This document shows positions 1 to 7,492 of a stretch of 32,000 nucleotides of DNA, piece after piece. Numbering within the stretch: the stretch's first letter is position 1; each line of letters begins with the position of its first letter. The position numbers were made by a program, and so were the translations under genes. Source of the stretch: Clostridia bacterium (lineage in GTDB: Bacteria > Bacillota > Clostridia > Christensenellales > UBA1242); the NCBI GenBank assembly GCA_017541375.1, contig JAFXZE010000005.1, forward strand, positions 213,919-245,918, in the 5' to 3' direction. Below the pieces are notes generated by a model that was not told where the DNA came from, made no database searches, and was given only the letters and a program-made list of their open reading frames with translations.

Positions 1-3000
1 TTTAGTTGGAATAATAGAATTTTCACCATCGTATTTTTCTTGAGTTTCCCAATGTATTCTACAATCATCACAAATCGATATCACATTCCGTGGATCTGCA
101 ATTTTGTAGAATGTTTGACTAAATATGTCGCTATCTATATAGTTTGTGCTATATACATTCTCACCAATCTTTATTTGAGCAGATATTACATTTCTTGAAT
201 TGTCAGATAAATCTGTAAATCTATAAACTTCATTTGTTGTTTGAATAGATGTAAGTGCGTTTGCGTTATTGGTATAGTTAATTGTGATGTTTTTTAATCC
301 AATTGGTAACTCATCATAACTCTCTCCATAACTCCACGCAAGCGCGCCATCATCATCTACCCAGAGTGATGTATTTAGACCGTTGTTTTCGTTTTTAGCA
401 ATGTCAGGCAATTTATAGATATTGTTTAATTCTTCTGACCAGCTACTATTTACTACCCTATTGCTAGTATTTCCCTTGTATCTAATTCTTACTCTTTGTA
501 GATTTACACCCTTAACATCCTCAACATCAGCAAAGTAGTATCTATATTGTCCGTCAATTTCTGACAAGCTTTTTAAACCTGCCCACAATAATTCACTCTC
601 TTCATCGGTGTCTTTAGTGTATTGCAATTGTAAATTATTGTCATAATTGTTATTTTTTGCCCATCGCAAAGTACCGTTAGCATAAATCAAGCTAGGAGTT
701 TTTGGCACAGTCAATTCATAAGCAAGTGAAACGTCACTTGAGAATGCTGGTTTTATATTTTCACTACTTGTAGCAGTGTTTCCTATAGCTTGCACTGTTA
801 AACTTGTATTTACATTATTTCCACTAGCATCCAATTCTCTCGAAGCGATAAAACGCGTTGATGGGCTTTCTCTGGATATTACAAATTCGTTTTCACCACC
901 ATTTTCAGTATAGGTAATGACAAATTTACTAGTGTAATTATCAAAAGCCAAATCTCCATCATTTCTAGTACCAAAATCAAATTCACCATCCACTATGCCA
1001 ATATTTTGTGGAGCAACAAGCTTTACTACATCTGTCACCTCAGAGAACTCACTAGATAGATATGTGTTGAAATATTCATTAATTATTGTGCCATAAATAT
1101 TGGATGCTCCGCCTATCAATCTAGTTTTCAATTGGTAATTACCTGCATCTATACCCGTAATTGGTTTTTCATAAAGACTTGTTTCAATGCTATTTATGGA
1201 TATGTTATATTCTTGTGCAGAAGATTTAAATACAAAACTATAACTATTCGCCCCTTCCACATTTTTCCAGCATAACACACCATTTCTTACACTCCACTCA
1301 CCAGCTGTATTGTAATCTCCAAAGTTTAGTGGAGTCAATCTTACAAAAACTTGATCAACTATAGTTTCCGGTGAAGAAATGTAAGTACCCAAGTTTCCTA
1401 TTGCCTGAATTTTTACTACAAAGCCCTGATAATTAGCTAATTCACCAAAACCATTTTCAATTAGTTTTGTAGAATAAGTCTTAGAGAGGCCTATAAAGTC
1501 TGCAATGGTAGTTTGCACTTTATTATTCTCATCTATTACCCCATTGCATACTGGAATGAATGACAAATTCAATGTAGAACCTGCAGAATTTGGATCTGAC
1601 TTTAAAAATACTAGATTTCCTTCAGAATCAACTCGCACCTGTGGCGCGTTGTATATAATGCCTCGAGTAGTAGCCCCCTTGCTAACTAGAATACTCACCT
1701 CATCAACATTTACCAAATTAGACTTCGTGACAAGAGTAAATTCCAATTCTCCACCTTCAAAAGCAACTCCTAAAATCTCCTCTATATCAGCTAGTTTTAT
1801 AGTGTATCTATCATCATTTTGAGTTACGTAAGCTGTATTAAGGGTGTTTTCCCTAGATACAATATCACTAATTGTATACACATGGTCATTTCCCGAATAT
1901 GTATATTTTATGTTTAAATCATACAAGTCTGTTATATTGCTCGATAACCAATCCCTAAGGGCTGCTTTTCTCCATGTAAGGATAGGTGGAGCAAGTCTTC
2001 CATCACCTTCAGTTACACTTTCTCTAGCTAAAGCAACTGCTTGAGGCTTTGGCAATCTTTCAAAGCTATACGCATTGCTAAAATCACCATCTATATATAC
2101 TCCAGACCCCTCTCCCTTATAGCCTCTTGCTTTTAGTTTTACAATGTATCTTCCCGCTTGACTAAATTGAGTCAAATCAAATTGGGTCATATTAGTTTCA
2201 TATGTATTTGTAATCAAATCTGGAGTGATTACACTTATCAAATATTTATTTGGTTGTGTAACACCTAAATAACTCCATGTCAACTTTTCACCATCCATAC
2301 TTAGTGCTATATTAGCTAATTGTGTCCATTTGATGATGTTTATTGACGAACTCCCTACACGATAGCTTACTCCGTCTATAGTATATCTATCACTATATTT
2401 ACTACTCAATACTGACTCAATATCACATATAGCCTGCACCTGTATATCGAGTATCTTTCCATTTAATATCCCATTAAACTCAGCAAGATCAGTTGATGTT
2501 TGCCCACCGGTTAAAATTTGGGTAGTTATGGTATTATCGGTCTTGTTAGTTATTTTTATGCTGTATGTATCTACATAAACTAAGTCTTCATCATTTAGAT
2601 ATGAAACTGAATTCCATACAATTTTCCCATCAATTATCTCTACTGTAGGTGTGTCCAGTTGCTCAAAATTTATCTCATCACTAACCTTACATTTTAGCAC
2701 TTCATCATTTCCGTTTGGATATACACTCATAGAGTATCTACCTGAGTTTGAATTCATAATAGACGACAACGAGTATTTTAGATAGTCTTCGCCCTCAATC
2801 ACATCAGCAATTAAATCTTCCTCATCAATATCTAAATCTACTACTGTTTCAGTTTCTCCACCTTTACTGCGAATAATGACTACTCTATATGATGTTGTGT
2901 TTTCAGTTTTTTTCCATTTAGCACTCAACACCCCATCTTCATTATCCACACTTAGTCCAGCCACTTTGCTGCATTGACTAACTGATAGTTCATTACTCCA

Positions 3001-5823
3001 CGCAGAATTTAATACATATATTTCACCACTTGTTGGATCATTCACATCAAAAGGAATCGATTGGTTGGAATTTGATTGAACTACACTTCTCACCTGCATA
3101 ATAGTGTTGTTCTCTATTCCATACGAAAATTCATAATATGTTGCGGTTTCTCCAATTAGTTCATTCTCATATTTTAGTTCATAAGCAATATCTACTTTCC
3201 CAACAATCGCTTCTGGAGTAACACTCTCCCAAACCAGTTGTCCACTATTTACAAAAAGCGTTGGAGTACCCAGTTTAATAACAAACATTCCCGCACTTTG
3301 TAATCCATCTAAGAAATATACTTGTTTGCCATTATCCATAGTATATGACTTATCCACATTGGTCGGCGTTTGTAAAGCTGTGATTTTTATTTTAAACAAC
3401 TCCGCATCATATAATCCAGTATCATTTATAAAGTTTTCTATAGCCTCAGATATGTCATCAATAGAAGATATATATTCATGTCTAGATTCATCTCCACTAG
3501 CAATTAAAACCTCATAACTAGAAACATTTAACGAAATATTTGTACCAACTCTAATTAAGTCAAATTTTAGTTCTCCTCGTTCTACCCCAAGATTTGTTGG
3601 CATTGGATAACGCTTTACAAAAATTTCTTTAGTCGCACTAGGTATCAAAATCGTATCTTCACTGTCACTATTTGGTGTGATACGAATTGAAATACCATAT
3701 AAATCGTCATCATTAAAGTATGTGTTGTTATCTAAGATAAAATCATAAAATTCTTCATTAAATGAAATATTTTCGTCATATGGCAGATTTTGCACTATTT
3801 CTTGATTAATCCTAATCTCAAAATTTATTCCAAATTCACTATAATTTGTTTCTAAATCCTCTTCATCTGGCAAGGTGACATTATTCCATTTCCATACCAA
3901 ACTTGGATTTTCATGTATTCCTGTTTCTATAGCTGTATTTTTAAATTGAAAATCCTCTATGCTAGCCAATCTTAAAAATCTGTTTGATACTGCCGCATCA
4001 GATTTTGCAAATCCGCTTTGATTTACTGAAACCTCACTTCCGTTAGGCCATGCTACAATTTTTAGGTAATTGTAACCATCATACCATTTACTATTTTCAT
4101 CAGACAAGATTATTCCAAATCTTGTTTCTTCACTTACAGCGGATTCATATCCAGAATAAATCAATCTGTCACTTTCCGAAAGAATGTCATCGATAGTGTT
4201 ACCAATATACACTTGATAGAAACACTCTTGCATTACACTATTTGCTTTTGCTTTGTCCCAAGACAATATTCCGCCATTATTTTCTGCATTTCGAGTGTAT
4301 AAGATATTTTCCACCATATCGAGCTGAATTAATGCAGGTGTTTCACTACACTCACTATCTACATAGTAAACATCAGCTATCGCATTCTTTCTTGCCATTG
4401 TGTAGATGTAAATATCTCTCTTAGAATATTCACTTTTTTGTAAAATAGTCCCTGGTTGATTAGTTTCGATATCACTAAAGTTGATTTCAAATTGATTCGG
4501 TTCAATTTGTTTTACTTCATATGTCTTGATAACCACACTCTCTGTAGCATCTATCGGGTCTATTACCGTATATTTAAATTCTAGTACATACCCTTGAGCA
4601 TATTGCACAGCATCCCAACTTAATTGCTCTCCACCATTAGCTATATTTCTCACAACCAAGTTTTGTGGCGCACTCAATTGACTAATTCTTACAGCATTAC
4701 TCATACCAGCGCCGCAGCAAAATATATGAGAATCACTACTATTATTCCAATCAAGTGTTTGAGATTTAATTGCTACAGTAAGTCGATAAGTATCATCTAC
4801 CATATTCTGTGGCACATTAAAGCACGCATAATACTTATCATCATCAGGGCACTTTATGACCTTAGCCTCATTAAAATATTCTTTCCATTTAGCAATATTT
4901 GGATCCGTCACATCAATAGGTGAACCTATTACATTGTTTAGCGAGCTTACAACATTTAATTCGTAAAAATCGCTAACATGCCCTTTACTAGTATCCTCTT
5001 CACCTTCTTTAGCTATCAAATCAAGTAATAACGGATTTATGCTAAAACGAACCTTAAAAAACTCATTAAATTCAGAATCAACTTCACAAGGAGAAACGGG
5101 CACATTATCACCAAGAGAAGTGTACCCAGGCCCCATACCAAAATCAGCTAATCTCACAAGAGCAAGATCTGTAGGCGCACTCAATCTCATAAAACGATAG
5201 ATAGATGAAGTGGGTGAATCCAAATAGCTAGTCTTATTTCCTAAGGCTTGTATAGTGACTTCGTACTGTTTGTCCACATCAAATCTAGCATATTTAGTAT
5301 AGACTGTTTTATCATTTATGACTTCTTCGCCACCAAGCGGTTGAATGTTTAACTGATATGTAGGTCTATAATAGCTGCCACTAGATACTAAGGAAGCCTC
5401 CCACAACAATTCACCACTTGAAGCGTTCATTGTTAATCCTGTAGGAGCGCTAAGAGTAATCGCCTCTTTTACCACACGCACCTTTATAGTGGTTTTGATA
5501 TTTGAATTTGCTGTCGAAATAACTTCTATGGTTGTGTTTCCCTCACTAACCGCACTCACAAGTCCTGTGTCACTTACTCTAGCAATATTAGAGTTTTTAC
5601 TTTCAAATTTTACCGTCTTTACAGTTGCATTTGATGGCACAATATTATATACAATTTGTTCTGTAGCGCTAGTTCTATCTGCTGAGAGTTCTATCTCATT
5701 ATTTTCCACATTGATAAAACCTACCGTTACATATTGCTCCGTAGCTACGGTTACGCCACCACAGCTTGCCAGTACTGGCGTAAATATTAGTGCTAGTAAC
5801 AATAACCATTTTTGTTTTAGCAT
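1..5823 (-). CDS. Giant cell-surface lipoprotein with its C-terminus beyond the window start (at least 1941 aa). It has a signal peptide with lipobox, a Big_2 (bacterial Ig-like) domain, and a long series of FN3-like modules.
   Basis: This ORF is absent from the supplied track because it has no stop inside the window. I read every plus-strand triplet in register 1,4,7... from 1 to 5823 and found no TTA, CTA or TCA (minus-strand stops). The first upstream in-frame stop is TTA at 5839-5841. The ATG is the complement of 5821-5823, with AAGAGG about 10 nt upstream. The N-terminus is MLKQKWLLLLALIFTPVLASCGG (lipobox L-A-S-C). A Big_2-like stretch reads VPSNATVKTVKFESKNSNIARVSDTGLVSAVSEGNTTIEV. FN3-like module starts recur, e.g. 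ITLSAPTGLTMNASSGELLW and QLSAPQNLVVRNIANGGEQLSWDAVQYAQGYVLEFKYT. Confidence 0.85.
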   Translation of the reverse strand, partial: MLKQKWLLLLALIFTPVLASCGGVTVATEQYVTVGFINVENNEIELSADRTSATEQIVYNIVPSNATVKTVKFESKNSNIARVSDTGLVSAVSEGNTTIEVISTANSNIKTTIKVRVVKEAITLSAPTGLTMNASSGELLWEASLVSSGSYYRPTYQLNIQPLGGEEVINDKTVYTKYARFDVDKQYEVTIQALGNKTSYLDSPTSSIYRFMRLSAPTDLALVRLADFGMGPGYTSLGDNVPVSPCEVDSEFNEFFKVRFSINPLLLDLIAKEGEEDTSKGHVSDFYELNVVSSLNNVIGSPIDVTDPNIAKWKEYFNEAKVIKCPDDDKYYACFNVPQNMVDDTYRLTVAIKSQTLDWNNSSDSHIFCCGAGMSNAVRISQLSAPQNLVVRNIANGGEQLSWDAVQYAQGYVLEFKYTVIDPIDATESVVIKTYEVKQIEPNQFEINFSDIETNQPGTILQKSEYSKRDIYIYTMARKNAIADVYYVDSECSETPALIQLDMVENILYTRNAENNGGILSWDKAKANSVMQECFYQVYIGNTIDDILSESDRLIYSGYESAVSEETRFGIILSDENSKWYDGYNYLKIVAWPNGSEVSVNQSGFAKSDAAVSNRFLRLASIEDFQFKNTAIETGIHENPSLVWKWNNVTLPDEEDLETNYSEFGINFEIRINQEIVQNLPYDENISFNEEFYDFILDNNTYFNDDDLYGISIRITPNSDSEDTILIPSATKEIFVKRYPMPTNLGVERGELKFDLIRVGTNISLNVSSYEVLIASGDESRHEYISSIDDISEAIENFINDTGLYDAELFKIKITALQTPTNVDKSYTMDNGKQVYFLDGLQSAGMFVIKLGTPTLFVNSGQLVWESVTPEAIVGKVDIAYELKYENELIGETATYYEFSYGIENNTIMQVRSVVQSNSNQSIPFDVNDPTSGEIYVLNSAWSNELSVSQCSKVAGLSVDNEDGVLSAKWKKTENTTSYRVVIIRSKGGETETVVDLDIDEEDLIADVIEGEDYLKYSLSSIMNSNSGRYSMSVYPNGNDEVLKCKVSDEINFEQLDTPTVEIIDGKIVWNSVSYLNDEDLVYVDTYSIKITNKTDNTITTQILTGGQTSTDLAEFNGILNGKILDIQVQAICDIESVLSSKYSDRYTIDGVSYRVGSSSINIIKWTQLANIALSMDGEKLTWSYLGVTQPNKYLISVITPDLITNTYETNMTQFDLTQFSQAGRYIVKLKARGYKGEGSGVYIDGDFSNAYSFERLPKPQAVALARESVTEGDGRLAPPILTWRKAALRDWLSSNITDLYDLNIKYTYSGNDHVYTISDIVSRENTLNTAYVTQNDDRYTIKLADIEEILGVAFEGGELEFTLVTKSNLVNVDEVSILVSKGATTRGIIYNAPQVRVDSEGNLVFLKSDPNSAGSTLNLSFIPVCNGVIDENNKVQTTIADFIGLSKTYSTKLIENGFGELANYQGFVVKIQAIGNLGTYISSPETIVDQVFVRLTPLNFGDYNTAGEWSVRNGVLCWKNVEGANSYSFVFKSSAQEYNISINSIETSLYEKPITGIDAGNYQLKTRLIGGASNIYGTIINEYFNTYLSSEFSEVTDVVKLVAPQNIGIVDGEFDFGTRNDGDLAFDNYTSKFVITYTENGGENEFVISRESPSTRFIASRELDASGNNVNTSLTVQAIGNTATSSENIKPAFSSDVSLAYELTVPKTPSLIYANGTLRWAKNNNYDNNLQLQYTKDTDEESELLWAGLKSLSEIDGQYRYYFADVEDVKGVNLQRVRIRYKGNTSNRVVNSSWSEELNNIYKLPDIAKNENNGLNTSLWVDDDGALAWSYGESYDELPIGLKNITINYTNNANALTSIQTTNEVYRFTDLSDNSRNVISAQIKIGENVYSTNYIDSDIFSQTFYKIADPRNVISICDDCRIHWETQEKYDGENSIIPTK

Positions 5824-5926
5824 AATTTTTTTACCTCTTTATTTTATTGTGTTTATTTTCAAAATTTTAAGTCACTTTTTTATAGATTTTTTGGCGTTGC
5901 CCGACAATTATTTTTATACTATAAAA

Positions 5927-5955
5927 ATTATACCAAAAATTAAAATAATTAGCAA
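5927..5955 (-). promoter_or_regulatory. Putative sigma-70 promoter of the giant lipoprotein gene
   Basis: On the minus strand: -35 TTGCTA (5955-5950), a 17-nt spacer, and an extended -10 TGgTATAAT (TATAAT = 5932-5927). Confidence 0.45.
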
Positions 5956-6015
5956 ATAATTTAATATCATTTTTTAATATTTTTTAAACAATTTTTTGTT
6001 ATTTTTTATCGAAAA

Positions 6016-6035
6016 TTATCCACATTTTATCCACA
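6016..6035 (+). promoter_or_regulatory. Two tandem perfect DnaA boxes (TTATCCACA) in a divergent promoter region
   Basis: TTATCCACA occurs at 6016-6024 and again at 6027-6035, in the same orientation with starts 11 bp apart. Both match the 9/9 DnaA-box consensus. A third, degenerate copy (TTATCtAtt, 6097-6105) shares the 12-nt left flank TCGAAAATTATC (6009-6020 and 6090-6101). Confidence 0.6.
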
Positions 6036-6113
6036 AAAATTTTAGTTAATTTTTAATACTTTTTTGTATTTTTCAATATTAAAAAATATTCGAAAATTAT
6101 CTATTTACTTTTA

Positions 6114-6142
6114 TTGACTTTTAATATCAAATTTGTTAAAAT
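6114..6142 (+). promoter_or_regulatory. Putative sigma-70 promoter of the 6169 methyltransferase gene
   Basis: -35 TTGACT (6114-6119), a 17-nt spacer, and an extended -10 TGtTAAAAT (TAAAAT = 6137-6142). Confidence 0.5.
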
Positions 6143-6168
6143 TTTTTTATAAAAGGAAACGATATTTT

Positions 6169-7311
6169 ATGGAAAAAAACATTGATTATTACTTAAACAA
6201 AATCACACAAAATCGAATCATTCGTGTGATTGCCACACTACCAAAACCTGAAATTGAATTCAAAAAGGCTGAGGTGGATATCCTCCCCAATATGGCTCGC
6301 ATCACATACTACACCCCTACCCAAGTTTTTCACAAAACTATGGATTGCGACCTATCTTTGCTTGCGCACACTTTACTAAAAAGTTTTACACAACTACATT
6401 TTTTTGATGAAGCAAATGAATATATGTTAAAAACCACCAAGCGTAGTGGTGTACTATATAACTGTGTAAAAGCCAACATTACGCCCCCTACCGCCAGCCA
6501 AAATAGAACCAAAAACTACATTCTCCCACAAGGCACATTTATTCCGCCCCTTGTGGATATGGGCATACTCACCAATAGTGGCCGAATAGTGAGTAAAATG
6601 GGAGACAAATTCCGCCAAATTAATCGCTTTTTAGAAATCATTGATGACAGCCTAAAAGAGCAAAAAATCAACCGACTGAATGTGGTTGACTTTGGCTGTG
6701 GAAAATCTTATCTTACTTTTGTATTGTACTATTATCTTACACAAATCAAAAAAATTGACACTTTTATAATAGGTCTAGATCTCAAGGCTGATGTAATAGA
6801 AAACTGCAATCAAACCGCCCTAAAATATGGATATAAAAACCTACATTTTGAACAAGGCGACATATCCAACTATTCTACTAAAATGCCTGTTGACATGGTG
6901 ATTTCACTACATGCATGTGATACGGCGACCGACTTTGCTTTGTTTAATGCTATCAAATGGGGAGCAAAATACATTTTTTCAGTTCCATGTTGTCAACACG
7001 AACTAAATACTCAAATTTACTCTCCCGACCTATCCATTGTTACTCGCTACGGTGTCGCACAAGAACGAATTTGCGCTCTATTTACTGACATAATTAGATG
7101 CAACCTCCTCGAAGCTCTTTCATACAAAACACAACTACTCGAATTTATCGACTTTGAACACACTCCTAAAAATCTACTTATTCGCGCGACACTATCCAAC
7201 ATTACCAGCAACATCCGTTCCGCTAGACTTAAAGAAGTAACCGATATTATCAAACAATTTCACCTTTTCCCAAAACTCTATTCCCTACTCAAAAACGATC
7301 ACTTGATATAA
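6169..7311 (+). CDS. Class I SAM-dependent methyltransferase (Methyltransf_32-like), substrate unknown
   Basis: The track ORF 6133..7311 starts at TTG. I prefer the ATG at 6169 (MEKNIDYY), which is preceded by AAAAGGAAA. SAM motif I is VVDFGCGKSYLTF, and the LHACDTATD motif is typical of this methyltransferase family. Confidence 0.8.
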   Translation: MEKNIDYYLNKITQNRIIRVIATLPKPEIEFKKAEVDILPNMARITYYTPTQVFHKTMDCDLSLLAHTLLKSFTQLHFFDEANEYMLKTTKRSGVLYNCVKANITPPTASQNRTKNYILPQGTFIPPLVDMGILTNSGRIVSKMGDKFRQINRFLEIIDDSLKEQKINRLNVVDFGCGKSYLTFVLYYYLTQIKKIDTFIIGLDLKADVIENCNQTALKYGYKNLHFEQGDISNYSTKMPVDMVISLHACDTATDFALFNAIKWGAKYIFSVPCCQHELNTQIYSPDLSIVTRYGVAQERICALFTDIIRCNLLEALSYKTQLLEFIDFEHTPKNLLIRATLSNITSNIRSARLKEVTDIIKQFHLFPKLYSLLKNDHLI

Positions 7312-7356
7312 AAAGGAAACTTTATACTCAACGCTTTGAAATCAACATGAAAAATG

Positions 7357-7441
7357 TGGGATTCTCACGCTACTCTCAGAATGACAATTGAATAATATTT
7401 GACATCCTGAGGAGTATTGAAAATACGACGTGAGGATCTCA
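7357..7441 (+). repeat. Imperfect 85-nt extended hairpin between convergent genes
   Basis: The outer stem TGGGATTCTCACG (7357-7369) pairs with CGTGAGGATCTCA (7429-7441): 13 bp, 2 of them G-T, which pair only in a plus-strand RNA. The inner stem 7371-7379 / 7407-7416 has 9 bp and one bulge. Confidence 0.4.
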
Positions 7442-7458
7442 CCTTTTGATATAAAACT

Positions 7459-7490
7459 AAAACACCTCAAGAAAACTCTTGACGTGTTTT
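7459..7490. terminator. Bidirectional intrinsic terminator shared by convergent genes
   Basis: AAAACAC-C-TCAAGA [AAAC] TCTTGA-C-GTGTTTT gives 13 bp with one C-C mismatch. An A-run lies on the left and a T-run on the right. It sits directly after the ABC gene stop (7493-7495). Confidence 0.6.
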
Positions 7491-7492
7491 AA

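Noticed and set aside
1505-5959. Plus-strand track ORFs 1505..1822, 1844..2044, 3326..3517, 4242..4424, 4624..4923 and 5489..5959
   Set aside because: All lie antisense to the continuous 1941-codon minus-strand ORF, or overlap its start. They have low-complexity or hydrophobic compositions typical of shadow frames, and none has an RBS.
5824-6168. Chromosomal replication origin (oriC), suggested by the perfect DnaA boxes in a very AT-rich spacer
   Set aside because: There are only two perfect boxes and one degenerate box. No dnaA or dnaN gene is nearby. Genes to the right of the site are overwhelmingly on the minus strand, the opposite of the divergent leading-strand bias expected at an origin. 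I kept it as a DnaA-box finding instead.
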